64,000 nt of DNA from a virus (taxonomy: Duplodnaviria > Heunggongvirae > Uroviricota > Caudoviricetes), in IMG/VR virus record IMGVR_UViG_2883489344_000002; one strand, written 5' to 3'. This document shows, in pieces, positions 1 to 8,948 of this stretch. Each line of letters begins with the position of its first letter. Within the stretch, counting starts at the first letter, position 1. Both the position numbers and the translations under genes were made by a program. The notes below the pieces were generated by a model. The model did not search any database. It was not told the origin of the DNA and saw nothing but the letters and a program-made list of their open reading frames with translations.

Positions 1-191
1 ATCAAACACATCGGCATATGCCCAGTCGCCCGAGGCGTCAGTGACAGCCACCAGCTCCAGGTAATCCGCCGGGCAGGGGAAGGAGAGGGGATCGCCCCGC
101 TGGATGCGGGCGCGCGTGACAATGCCGGCGCGATCTTGATAGGCGGTCAGTGCTGCCACAAGCAACGCCTCAAGCTTGTCTGCCTCATCAT
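1..191 (-). CDS. partial ORF running off the 5' window edge (hypothetical)
   Basis: The minus-strand frame is open from about 300 to position 1. A candidate ATG lies at 189-191. It is not in the ORF track because the stop is outside the window. Confidence 0.25.
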
Positions 192-317
192 GCATCAGTG
201 GGGTAAAGCGGAGCTTCACGCTCTCAAGTAATTCGCGGGGGTCATGAGGCCTCCAGGATTGAAGATGGCCACCATCGTAAGGAAAGTAACATTTGTGCCC
301 GTGCCGGCAGCGAACAT

Positions 318-345
318 AAAAAAAGCCCCTGGCGGGGCTTTGGGG
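318..345 (-). terminator. rho-independent terminator of the structural operon
   Basis: Minus-strand GCCCC-GCCA-GGGGC hairpin followed by TTTTTTT, immediately downstream of the ORF ending at 356. Confidence 0.6.
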
Positions 346-355
346 GAACCTGGGA

Positions 356-850
356 TTATTCGATGAAGTTATAGACAACACGCAGGTTAGGGCGAACCAG
401 CGCCGTCACGTCCTCATAGGAGAGGTCGGTACTGTCAACGTAGATCTTGCAGTCGTACAGGTTGATGGTCAGGGAGTCCGGCGCAGTGCCACCCAGGGAT
501 TCCGGCGCGGCACTGATAATGACGTCAAAATAGGACTTGTTGTTTACCGCGTCCTTAATGAAAGCCAGCAGCTTCCCGGTGATGGTTTCCACCGCCTGGC
601 AAGCCATCTCGCCGGCATTGCGCAGTGGACCATGTTGCGTGAACTTCATGCCACCGGGTCCGAAGTCTTCCACGTCCTCGCGGGTGCGCTCTGGCAGCTG
701 CGCGGTACGGAACAGCGCGGACAATTCTTCCTCGCCAACGATGGTCATCAGGAACTCAGAGCCATTGAGCTTCTCGCCCATGGCCTTGTTCATGTTGTAG
801 CGTGTTTTCAGGTATGCGGCATTGCCTACCGCGTTGTTGTGACCAGGCAT
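356..850 (-). CDS. putative tail tube protein (164 aa)
   Basis: The size is typical of contractile-tail tube proteins. It is the last gene of the operon that holds the sheath-like gene. No diagnostic motif was recognised. Confidence 0.35.
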   Translation of the reverse strand: MPGHNNAVGNAAYLKTRYNMNKAMGEKLNGSEFLMTIVGEEELSALFRTAQLPERTREDVEDFGPGGMKFTQHGPLRNAGEMACQAVETITGKLLAFIKDAVNNKSYFDVIISAAPESLGGTAPDSLTINLYDCKIYVDSTDLSYEDVTALVRPNLRVVYNFIE

Positions 851-863
851 TAATACATCCTCT

Positions 864-1196
864 TCAGATAAATAGCCCCTGCACCTGGGAGCGGTTTTGC
901 ACCGCCATACCCGAGAGTTGCAGGGTCACCGTGTTGGAAGCGAAGTAGCCGTCGCTGGTGCGCGGGGCGTCCAGGTTGTAGCTCACGTCCTGGATCACCA
1001 CATCCGCCAGGATGAAGCGCCGGCCAATATTGATGACGCAGACCTCCGGCCGGCGCCCGAGGGGTTCCACGTCTTCCAGCTCGGGCGACACCATGGCGCA
1101 CAAGGCCTTGATAGCGCCGTCTACTTCGATTGAAGCGTCATAAATGGCCATAAATTCAAGCGGCAGACTGATAGAGGGGGCTGTGCGCCCTGCCAC
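864..1196 (-). CDS. hypothetical structural protein, overlapping the next ORF in the -1 frame
   Basis: 110-aa ORF with a GTG start. An alternative ATG at 1151 has no SD. It overlaps the 1121-1447 ORF by 76 nt. Confidence 0.3.
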   Translation of the reverse strand: MAGRTAPSISLPLEFMAIYDASIEVDGAIKALCAMVSPELEDVEPLGRRPEVCVINIGRRFILADVVIQDVSYNLDAPRTSDGYFASNTVTLQLSGMAVQNRSQVQGLFI

Positions 1197-1447
1197 ACCA
1201 TCAGGCTGTTCCAGCGAGATACGGACGTCGTGTTAGTCACTGACTGCCCAAGGTTCGCTGCGGTCTCAAAACCGGCAATGGAGCCTGCATTATCCCCCTC
1301 GAAAGGGCTTGTCCACATCGAGGCAATCTGGAGCGATGCACCCTGGCCGATATAGCCGGCCACGGAGAGATCGCCTGACACGATGTAGGCTTTTAGATAA
1401 GGGCTGACACCATCAAAGTCGGATGCGCCGAAAGAAGATATTTCCAT
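1121..1447 (-). CDS. hypothetical structural protein (108 aa)
   Basis: ORF lying between the sheath-like and tube-like genes. Its 3' end overlaps the next ORF. Confidence 0.35.
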   Translation of the reverse strand: MEISSFGASDFDGVSPYLKAYIVSGDLSVAGYIGQGASLQIASMWTSPFEGDNAGSIAGFETAANLGQSVTNTTSVSRWNSLMVWQGAQPPLSVCRLNLWPFMTLQSK

Positions 1448-1492
1448 TTCCTATCCTCAATGCGGCCACCAGCTGGCGGCCGCCTTACTTAC

Positions 1493-2218
1493 TTAGCGGC
1501 CAATACGCTTGGCGCGCAGTTTCATCGACTTTGCACGGTGCAGCTTGGCCTGTGCGGTGAAAGCCTTGGAGCGGGCTTTCTTCAGCGCCATGCGCTGTGC
1601 AGAGGTCATATGACGCTTTTTGAATGGCTTGCGGATCAGCACCACTTTGCCCTTACGCACTACCTTCTCTACGGCCTCGGTCATGGCGCTGTTAGAGGAC
1701 AGGGAGTAAGCCGTCACCAGCTCGCTGCGGTCGGAGTCATCTAGTGCCTGGAACTCGTCACCCAGTGAAGCAGCAATGTCATCGTCCTCGTCGTCAAACA
1801 GCGCTTGCACGGCATCCTCATCAGCGCCTGCGGCAACCATGAAATCAGCCATATTGCCCAGCACCGTGAAATAGGCGTCCAGCTGGTCATCGGTCGGATC
1901 GGAATCGTCGCCAATGCCGGCCTCGGCCTGTGCGTAGCCGTCTAGCGCGTCATAGGAATGGTCATCACCATCCGCCCAGGAGAACACTGCTTGCGCGGCG
2001 TCACCCAGCTGGTTGGAGGCCACCACAGCGGCGGCCGCCTCCAGGATCATCTGGTGCGCCGCCTCCAGGGAGATTTCCTCCTTCACTGGCTCTTCTGCCG
2101 GCGGGGCGTCCGACGTGGCCACCCCCTCCAGCATGGCGGCCGGCTCAGCCTTGGCACCCATGGCAAAAGCCTTCAGGCCATCAGCCAGCAGGGCACCGCT
2201 TTGAAAAAAGTTGCTCAT
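1493..2218 (-). CDS. highly acidic protein with a Lys/Arg-rich C-terminal tail (241 aa)
   Basis: D/E-rich core with DD and DDEDDD runs. The last roughly 60 residues are basic. It sits directly downstream of the sheath-like gene. Confidence 0.5.
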   Translation of the reverse strand: MSNFFQSGALLADGLKAFAMGAKAEPAAMLEGVATSDAPPAEEPVKEEISLEAAHQMILEAAAAVVASNQLGDAAQAVFSWADGDDHSYDALDGYAQAEAGIGDDSDPTDDQLDAYFTVLGNMADFMVAAGADEDAVQALFDDEDDDIAASLGDEFQALDDSDRSELVTAYSLSSNSAMTEAVEKVVRKGKVVLIRKPFKKRHMTSAQRMALKKARSKAFTAQAKLHRAKSMKLRAKRIGR

Positions 2219-2228
2219 TGTTTACTCC

Positions 2229-3812
2229 TTACTTAATCAATGCCGGGACGCCCAGCAGGCGACGGGCGGAGCCAGTTGGGCAGCAAGCCCATTCAATTTT
2301 CCAGTAGTCGAATTCGGTCTGCGTAACCTTCAGGACATATGGCGCGGTGCCATCGGAATCAGGATCGCGTGGGGCAACCAGCGCATTTGACGCCACAAAA
2401 CGATCTAGAATTTTGGTCATTTCACGGGTCAGTGACTTTTCGGTCACGTTGTCTGGTTGGTGCTTGAGCTTGCGCCCCAGCTGGAAGAAGGCGCGGCTGA
2501 TCGCGTTCATGATGGAAGACACGTGCTGGAAGCGAAGGTAGTTCTCTTCCGGGTAGGTGGTCAGCGCATCGTCGATGATCATCTTGCCGGTGGAGCTGAC
2601 GGCAACCTTGTTGATGCGGGCGTTATACATCGCCTCCTCATCAGGGGTGCCAGAGCCTTCAATCGGCTTGATGTTGGCGCGGTTGATGACCCCACGCTCT
2701 TCGCCAGCTGGGGAATAGTGCCAGCCGCCCACATCGGAGTTTTTCTTGATGCCCTTGGCCTTGCTCGCATAGGCGGTGCCAGACAGTCCCACGTTAACGC
2801 GGCCACTCGTCCACTGGTCTTTATGGGTGAACGGGAAGTGATAAAGGGCACAGGCGTTGTTATTGGCGGTTTTCAGGCCAGAGTCTTCCGCTGCGGTGAG
2901 TGCCTCGGCGTAGGTCAGGTTGCCCTTGAGGTCAAAGAACCCCTCAATGCGGCGATCGTTCACCAGGTCAGCCAGCAGCTTTTGGGTTGCCAGGCTGTAG
3001 CATCCCAGCCCCAGGACGTGGGTGTAGTTCACGTTGGCGTTGGAAAGTGCGGTTACGGCCTTGCTGTACTGCGCTTCAGAGATGTTGGCCTGGTTGCCGT
3101 TGGTGCCACCAGCAAAGGCGATTGCCTCGGTCGCGGTGAAGGCCACGCCGGCCGCAGCCTGTGCGTCACAGGTTGCCATCAGGTAGCCAGAGCGGGCTTC
3201 CAGCGCGGTTTCGATGTAGCACGGGCGCCCCATGGAGTCTGTGTCTTCAGTACCGAAGGAAATCACCGTGGTTTCCAGGGTGGAAGTGACGCCCAGGCTG
3301 TTGGTTTCAGCGAGCTTTAGCTCGAAACGGGTTGAACTGTTCGGATCTGCTTTGAAGGTGACGTGACGATTTGTCGATGGGTCACCGTCATTCACGTATA
3401 GCGCCAGGAACTGATTACCCGTCAGCTCCACTTCAGTGCCATACGTCAATGCAGTGGTTGAATGAGAGATGTCACCATCTGCCTTGGAGAAGATGATCAC
3501 CGGAAACTTGGCGTCATCAGCCACCACGCGCACCGCGTAACCGTCAGTCTCCTGGACTGCCTCGTACACATGGCGAATCGGCTCAAATTGGGAACCGGAC
3601 GCCGGGTGGATCGGCTGCCCCAGGACATCTAGGTAGTTGGATTTGGTGATTTTCAGTGCTGTGAAGGGCTTGCCACGGGCAAACGCCCCGACGCCTGCCC
3701 AAAGGGACTGGCCTAGGTTATCGCCCACGGTCACGGTGCTATCAGCGTTGATCGCTGACACCGCCACGGCTGAGACATTCGTCATAGCCGATGGGATACT
3801 GTAGTTAGACAT
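2229..3812 (-). CDS. putative contractile tail sheath protein (527 aa)
   Basis: The size and the C-terminal region (GVINRANI...YLRFQHVSSIMNAI...) resemble the conserved sheath C-terminal domain. It is adjacent to the capsid-like gene, as in P1 genes 22/23. Confidence 0.5.
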   Translation of the reverse strand: MSNYSIPSAMTNVSAVAVSAINADSTVTVGDNLGQSLWAGVGAFARGKPFTALKITKSNYLDVLGQPIHPASGSQFEPIRHVYEAVQETDGYAVRVVADDAKFPVIIFSKADGDISHSTTALTYGTEVELTGNQFLALYVNDGDPSTNRHVTFKADPNSSTRFELKLAETNSLGVTSTLETTVISFGTEDTDSMGRPCYIETALEARSGYLMATCDAQAAAGVAFTATEAIAFAGGTNGNQANISEAQYSKAVTALSNANVNYTHVLGLGCYSLATQKLLADLVNDRRIEGFFDLKGNLTYAEALTAAEDSGLKTANNNACALYHFPFTHKDQWTSGRVNVGLSGTAYASKAKGIKKNSDVGGWHYSPAGEERGVINRANIKPIEGSGTPDEEAMYNARINKVAVSSTGKMIIDDALTTYPEENYLRFQHVSSIMNAISRAFFQLGRKLKHQPDNVTEKSLTREMTKILDRFVASNALVAPRDPDSDGTAPYVLKVTQTEFDYWKIEWACCPTGSARRLLGVPALIK

Positions 3813-3871
3813 TCAGCATGTTCCTTAAAAGAGCGCCCATTGGGCGCTCGGGTTACTTGTGGGGAAGTGGA

Positions 3872-5575
3872 TTAGCTGGAGGCGCTTTCGATGATCTGGC
3901 CGGTGCGGAAGTTGATGCCGCCTTTCTTGGCGTTGGTCAGCGTCAGCAGGGTGAAATACTGCGAACCGTTACGCGGGTGGATGCGGTTGATAGCCGAACC
4001 CCACAGAGTGGTGCGGTTGCGCAGGCCTGGCGTGGTCGGGTGCACGAACGGGATCGCCGGCACGGCGTCGCCGGTGACAAAGCCGGCTTTGCCCGGGTTT
4101 TCGTCGCGGCAGTAGCACAGCACGTCATAGGAGCCGAAGGTCACGCCCTGTTTGGTGAAGGCATTGCAAACACCGGTCGGGACTTCATACACCTTGATGC
4201 TGCCGAAGAGGGTGCCCACGAAGTGCACAAACGGCACCTGGGTGTAATTCTCAGCTGGGGTGAACATGGACGGCGGCAGCATCTTGAAGAACAGCGCGGC
4301 ATCGGAGCCGGCAAACATACCGCTTGAGCCGCTGCTCTGGGTGCGTTCAGCGATATCACGGTAGATCTGCTGCATCTTCGATTTGAAGATCAGGCTCCAC
4401 ACGTCCCAGTTGGTATCCTGCGGGATAGCCAGGTCGAAGGTGTCAGTCTTCATGGTGCGGCGGATCATGATGCGCAGGCGCAGCATATCCTGCTCATGGG
4501 ACAGGTAGTCCTTCAGGGTGCGGTATTGCAGGCTGCCCAGGTCAATGCCGAACTCGCGTTGCGCGTCGTAGGCGGCCATGACGGTGTGCTCTGCTGCCAG
4601 GGCATACTGTGATGGGCGCACGGTGTACTTTTTCATTTCCTGGTTGATCAGCGGGATCAGCTCAGGCGCGGCCTCGATGTTGATCTCAACTTCTGCTTCC
4701 AGCTTGGTGCCGGAGGCCGGTGCCATGGAGAAGGTCAGGGTGATCTGGCCTTTGGTGTAGTCCAGGGAAGAGGTCAGGGAGACCGCCGTGCCGGAGGCAT
4801 CAGCGTAGGAGTGCAGCAGGGTGCCTTCACCGTTGTCTTCCGGGGTCGGCTCATTGCCGATGTACAGCACGGTACGCCCCTTACGGATCGGGATGTCCTT
4901 GCCTTCAAAGTCAGAGATTTTGAAGGTGAACACCTTGGTGGTGCCATCGCCCAGGGCGGAGAGCACGTAGTTGCGGCGCATCTGGGAGTAGGCACCCACA
5001 GACTGCATATCCAGCTTGTCACCGATCGCGTAGTCACCGAAGGTGGTGCCGGCTACGTTGAAGATCTCGTAGATGTTGGACTCATCGCGCGGAACCGGGA
5101 TGAAGGTACAGGCGTCGCCAGTCTGTGCGCCCAGCGCAACCGGCAGGATCATCGCCAGGAAGATAGCCTGGTGCAGGATGCCATCCTGACCGCTCATCAT
5201 CTCAGCGTTCACGCTTTCCAGCATGGATTGGTTAATGGTCTTCTGGCCGCCGGCGTTGCGGCTTTCTGCCATCAGGCAGTTTTCCAGCGTTTGGTGGCAC
5301 ATGGCCAGCAGGTCTTCGCGCGGGGCGGTTTTGTGCTTCGCTGCATAATCAGCATACGCAGCGCCCCAGGCGGTCACGATCTGGGAAACGGCAGACGGGT
5401 TAACACCCTCGAAGATCGGCTCTTGTTTCGCCGCCTCAAGCATGGCCACACGGCGTTCTTCCGCATTCTGGATAAAGCCGCCTTTGTTGAACTGCGCGTC
5501 AGACACGATGCGGGTCACACGACGCGCACGACTGGCGATGTCAGCAATATGCTGTTGATACTCTTTATTACTCAT
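3872..5575 (-). CDS. putative major capsid protein (about 567 aa from the internal ATG, MSNKEYQQ...)
   Basis: The longest ORF (to 5752) has an N-terminal extension with no RBS. The ATG at 5575 has a GAGG upstream. The size matches the P1 gene 23 product. It is the first gene of the operon after an intergenic region with terminators. Confidence 0.4.
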   Translation of the reverse strand: MSNKEYQQHIADIASRARRVTRIVSDAQFNKGGFIQNAEERRVAMLEAAKQEPIFEGVNPSAVSQIVTAWGAAYADYAAKHKTAPREDLLAMCHQTLENCLMAESRNAGGQKTINQSMLESVNAEMMSGQDGILHQAIFLAMILPVALGAQTGDACTFIPVPRDESNIYEIFNVAGTTFGDYAIGDKLDMQSVGAYSQMRRNYVLSALGDGTTKVFTFKISDFEGKDIPIRKGRTVLYIGNEPTPEDNGEGTLLHSYADASGTAVSLTSSLDYTKGQITLTFSMAPASGTKLEAEVEINIEAAPELIPLINQEMKKYTVRPSQYALAAEHTVMAAYDAQREFGIDLGSLQYRTLKDYLSHEQDMLRLRIMIRRTMKTDTFDLAIPQDTNWDVWSLIFKSKMQQIYRDIAERTQSSGSSGMFAGSDAALFFKMLPPSMFTPAENYTQVPFVHFVGTLFGSIKVYEVPTGVCNAFTKQGVTFGSYDVLCYCRDENPGKAGFVTGDAVPAIPFVHPTTPGLRNRTTLWGSAINRIHPRNGSQYFTLLTLTNAKKGGINFRTGQIIESASS

Positions 5576-5654
5576 TAAACCGAGCCTCTTGGGTTTGTTA
5601 ATCGGCTCGATCTTATGGAATGTTACATCTCCTTTTTTTGGGGTTAAGTTTTTT

Positions 5655-5686
5655 TCTGGGCAAAGAAAAAGGCGCTCAAAGCGCCT
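5655..5686 (-). terminator. rho-independent terminator after the lysis/spanin genes
   Basis: Minus-strand hairpin GGCGC-TTTGA-GCGCC followed by TTTTTCTTTG. Confidence 0.55.
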
Positions 5687-5764
5687 TGTCAGGATGATGC
5701 GAAGTGTCCTTCGCCTTAGAGGTTTTCCGGTACTTGACAGGCGGCCGCTCATCGAGAGCTACAG

Positions 5765-5800
5765 CCTGAAAATAAGAGAAGGCACCGCGTGGGTGCCTTG
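5765..5800 (-). terminator. second hairpin terminator
   Basis: Perfect 7-bp stem AGGCACC/GGTGCCT with a T-rich tail on the minus strand. Confidence 0.4.
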
Positions 5801-5883
5801 TGGGGACTTCAATGAAAGAAACAGTTTATTGCATGTCGGGGACAAACTTCTTTGTCCTCAAATCCATACTTCAAACAGTGGCG

Positions 5884-6162
5884 CTATTCTGAGGCAGTTT
5901 TTTTTCTTTGTCCAACACCCCCCACCGTCACACCGTTCACCCTGTTAACGCTGATGTTGTGGTCATTGATGGTAGCCAGCAAGACGCGCGTTTTCTCCAC
6001 GTAGGCGGGGTAGTCGCCATAGGTTTTCACCGTGAAGGCCGGCATTTGGCACATCCAGGCGCTAACCTGTGCCGGCGCGGCCTCAACCTTAACGTTGATA
6101 CTGGGCGTTGAAGTCGCTGACGGCTTGCTGCTGCACCCTGACAACACCGGCAGGCACAGCAT
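5884..6162 (-). CDS. o-spanin (Rz1-like outer-membrane lipoprotein)
   Basis: Internal start MLCLPVLSGC gives a lipobox signal peptide. The gene is small and S/T/P-rich. It is embedded in the 3' end of the i-spanin gene in another frame. Confidence 0.55.
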   Translation of the reverse strand: MLCLPVLSGCSSKPSATSTPSINVKVEAAPAQVSAWMCQMPAFTVKTYGDYPAYVEKTRVLLATINDHNISVNRVNGVTVGGVGQRKKTASE

Positions 6163-6556
6163 GGCCAGCGCAAAGATCTTGTGCCTGGAGCTGCCGGAGC
6201 TGCTGTTGTGCGGCCTCACTTTCGGCCTGGTAATGCTGGGCTTGCTGCTCATTTTCCTGGTTCTCCTGGTTTAATGCCTCGGTGCGCTGCGCATAGGCGT
6301 CACGCTGGGCGTCTGAAATGGCTTTGCTGGTGGCCAGCTGCTCTTTTTCGTTGGTCAGGGTGGTGATGCTGGTGCGCTGGTTGGCCAGCTGCTCGGCCTG
6401 CACCTGATTGACGTCCTTCAGGTCAGACACCCACAGCCAGCCCGCCACCAGCCCGGCCGCGATCGTCATGCCCATGCAAATCTCCACCTTGGCGCGGGTG
6501 GATAGGCCTGAAAGCAGGCTCCAGCTGGTTGAGAGGGCGGTAAACATGCTCATCAT
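6089..6556 (-). CDS. i-spanin (Rz-like)
   Basis: N-terminal TM segment (ICMGMTIAAGLVAGWLWV) followed by Q/E/A-rich coiled coil. 155 aa. It overlaps the lipoprotein ORF. Confidence 0.55.
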   Translation of the reverse strand: MMSMFTALSTSWSLLSGLSTRAKVEICMGMTIAAGLVAGWLWVSDLKDVNQVQAEQLANQRTSITTLTNEKEQLATSKAISDAQRDAYAQRTEALNQENQENEQQAQHYQAESEAAQQQLRQLQAQDLCAGHAVPAGVVRVQQQAVSDFNAQYQR

Positions 6557-7302
6557 GCACTTTCCTTGAGTAATGCCAGCACACTGGCAGGGGTGATCGC
6601 GCTAACGGCCTTTGCCACCGCCGCGCTGTTAATCGAGGCACCAATCAACGCCACAGAGATGGCATTGCTATATGCCTGCTGGGATGTAGTGATGCTGCTG
6701 CTTGCCGCGTCGTACTGGGTGGCCAACGTCTTTTGTGCGGCGGTAGCAGTGGCCATCTTCGCGGTGAAGCCCGTTACGGCAGTTTGGAGCGCAGCTACCT
6801 GGCTGGTAGAGAGCGCCGCCGGCACGGTAGCAGTGCCGCTGGCCAGCGTGGCATTGATGCTATCCATGGCGGACGATAGCGCGCTGATATCCAGGGCGGT
6901 GAGGGCGGCCACCAGCGCGCCGGGCGTGGCGGCATCACCGATCGCCGTGGAGATGGCCAGCTCACTGGCTTTTAGCCCGCTGGCGCGGCAGTGCACGTCC
7001 CAGCCCGTGGTGAGCTGGATAAGGGTCGAGGGGTCACTGTAGTTAGCCAATAGTGTTGCGTGGCTGGTGGCCTGGGTGGCCGTGCCCGCCAGCACCTTCG
7101 CCCAGCTGCTGATCTGCGCTACGTTGGCGTTGATGCTACTTGGGTAGGTCACGGTAGACAGCACCAGCCCAGAGAGCGTGGCACTGGCCTTAGTGGCCAA
7201 TTTGGCCGCCTGAGTGGATTGGGTGGCGCTGGCGGCCGTGGCCAGCCCGCCGGCGGTTTTGAGCGCCTGGTAGGCGGCAATTTGGGCAGGGGTAGAAAGC
7301 AT
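6553..7302 (-). CDS. Ala/Ser/Thr-rich low-complexity protein (249 aa), function unknown
   Basis: ORF in an operon between the PAAR-like gene and the spanins. Its composition is strongly A/S/T-biased. Confidence 0.4.
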   Translation of the reverse strand: MLSTPAQIAAYQALKTAGGLATAASATQSTQAAKLATKASATLSGLVLSTVTYPSSINANVAQISSWAKVLAGTATQATSHATLLANYSDPSTLIQLTTGWDVHCRASGLKASELAISTAIGDAATPGALVAALTALDISALSSAMDSINATLASGTATVPAALSTSQVAALQTAVTGFTAKMATATAAQKTLATQYDAASSSITTSQQAYSNAISVALIGASINSAAVAKAVSAITPASVLALLKESA

Positions 7303-7305
7303 AGG

Positions 7306-7590
7306 TTAACTCACTGACAGGAGCGGCTCGCCGCTGGTTACGGTGGAACCACAGGAAACCGGATCGCCCTCGCAGACCACGGCCTTGCCGCCTACGGTAA
7401 ACCAAGGGCGGGTAGACATGGCATTACCGGGGTGTGATGACGTTCCGTCTGTATGGGAGGGATAGGCGTTACCATCCACCAGCACTGCAACGCCATTGAC
7501 CGTGAAGAAATCCACGGCCTCGGCCGGCGGCCGGGAGGCAAACCCATCATGCCCAGAACACACGGAATTTTTTGTCGCTATGCCAGGCAT
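7306..7590 (-). CDS. PAAR-like spike-tip protein (94 aa)
   Basis: Contains GDPVSCGSTVTSG and VVCEG motifs consistent with the PAAR/DUF4150 zinc-binding cone. Confidence 0.45.
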   Translation of the reverse strand: MPGIATKNSVCSGHDGFASRPPAEAVDFFTVNGVAVLVDGNAYPSHTDGTSSHPGNAMSTRPWFTVGGKAVVCEGDPVSCGSTVTSGEPLLSVS

Positions 7591-8393
7591 TCGGCCGGCT
7601 CCAGCTCATGGGGCACCATATGCAGGCACTCATAGATTTCTGGCGTATCAGCGTAGCGCTCGCGCTGCTCGGCAAGGCAGGAGGTGGAGATGAGGGAGTT
7701 TCCTTTTTGGGATAACTGGATAGCTTTCACCTGGGGCTGCTGGCCAAGCCAGACCAGGGCGCTTGAGACCTTATAGCCCGCCACCACCAGCCGGCACTCT
7801 GGGGAGACAAGGTTATAGACCAGGCGGATAAAGTCCGGGTGATATTGGTGAGCGTCATCGATAATCACCGTGTTTACGCCTGGCAGCACCGATTCAAGGT
7901 ACTCGCGCGTGGCGTCCACCATCGGATCCCAGCACAGCCCCCACGTCAGCTTTTCATCCGTCGCCAGCACGTACTCTGTCCGCACAGAAAATAGGGCGTC
8001 CGCCAGGGCTAAGCCCGCGCCGGCATACCCATAGCGCAACATCTTGCGACACTTCAGCATGATGTCTTGGGTAGGGGAGATGACCATTACCACCTGATCA
8101 CGATTCATCACCAGGTCATGCAGTGCCACCATGGCACATGCTGTGGTCGCGCCTGTTTCTGGGGCGTGGAAGGCCAGAACATGGCGCTGGCTCTCCATGG
8201 CTGCCAATAAGCGCTGTTGCTGCCGGGTCATGCTCAATTCGGGGAGCACGTGGTTCGCAAAGTAGCGCAATGAGCGCTCTTCTGGCGTGAACTCGTCCAG
8301 CATGGCATAGCCCATATTGCGGACGCGGTTGCTTACCAGCTCGTTATGGTCAGGAAAAGTAATGCTCTCGAGAGTGGTTTTGAAGGAACCCAT
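7578..8393 (-). CDS. P-loop/DEAH-like NTPase-fold protein (271 aa)
   Basis: Degenerate Walker A (HAPETGATT) and a DEAH-like Walker B (VIIDDAHQY). First gene of the minus-strand operon. The promoter region at 8394-8560 is AT-rich. Confidence 0.4.
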   Translation of the reverse strand: MGSFKTTLESITFPDHNELVSNRVRNMGYAMLDEFTPEERSLRYFANHVLPELSMTRQQQRLLAAMESQRHVLAFHAPETGATTACAMVALHDLVMNRDQVVMVISPTQDIMLKCRKMLRYGYAGAGLALADALFSVRTEYVLATDEKLTWGLCWDPMVDATREYLESVLPGVNTVIIDDAHQYHPDFIRLVYNLVSPECRLVVAGYKVSSALVWLGQQPQVKAIQLSQKGNSLISTSCLAEQRERYADTPEIYECLHMVPHELEPAECLA

Positions 8394-8569
8394 AGACAGG
8401 CCTCATGATTAAAGGACTGCCAGCCTATGGAAAGTTGCATCTGCTTGTTAAACGTAATTGTTAAAATGAAAGCACAAAAAATGCGAATTAAGAATTTATT
8501 AATTGCTTACGGGATGCAACAAGCCAGAAAGGATCATAGACTCAGCCCTAAGAACGGGAGGTATAAATT

Positions 8570-8896
8570 ATGCGCAATTATATGTCTGCACTGACCGCTG
8601 AAGAGATCAGCCGCATCGCTGATCAAGCCGTAGCAGATGTTGCGAGTCAGAAACTTACGACGACGAAAAGTGCCGCTCCAGCAGCCTACGGAACCGCTCA
8701 CCGCGACCGTACTGCAATGGCTCATAATGTTAATGTACGTTATAGTATCTCTGATAAAAATGTGCACCTCAGCAAGGGTAACGATGGTATTACAGTTATC
8801 TATAGCAATGATTTACATGGGGTCTCGAGTAAATTATCAATGGCAACTGGTAGAGATCTTTTCCGCACCGCATTCAATTTAGCTCGTAAGGGTTAA
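8570..8896 (+). CDS. hypothetical protein (108 aa)
   Basis: Strong RBS GGGAGGT. Followed by a terminator. Confidence 0.5.
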   Translation: MRNYMSALTAEEISRIADQAVADVASQKLTTTKSAAPAAYGTAHRDRTAMAHNVNVRYSISDKNVHLSKGNDGITVIYSNDLHGVSSKLSMATGRDLFRTAFNLARKG

Positions 8897-8908
8897 AAAT
8901 ACTTAATC

Positions 8909-8937
8909 AATGCCCCTCTGATGGGGCATTTTATTTT
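8909..8937 (+). terminator. rho-independent terminator
   Basis: ATGCCCC-TCTGAT-GGGGCAT followed by TTTATTTTG. Confidence 0.65.
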
Positions 8938-8948
8938 GCCGGTGAGAC

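Noticed and set aside
537-800. Plus-strand ORFs overlapping minus-strand genes throughout the window (for example 537-800, 1930-2307, 2457-3320, 4811-5578, 19283-20221, 19933-20691, 20728-21492, 57389-58174).
   Set aside because: They are antisense shadow ORFs of GC-rich coding regions. Their translations are Arg/Gly/His-rich and low-complexity. They have no RBS and sit fully inside better-supported genes.
5576-5752. N-terminal 59-aa extension of the capsid-like ORF (start at 5752).
   Set aside because: It is a basic, low-complexity leader with no RBS. The internal ATG at 5575 has a GAGG upstream and gives a product matching the expected capsid size.
7306-7590. Calling the 94-aa protein a definite PAAR spike tip.
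   Set aside because: The motif resemblance is partial and there are no three clear PAAR repeats. I kept it only as a low-confidence PAAR-like protein.
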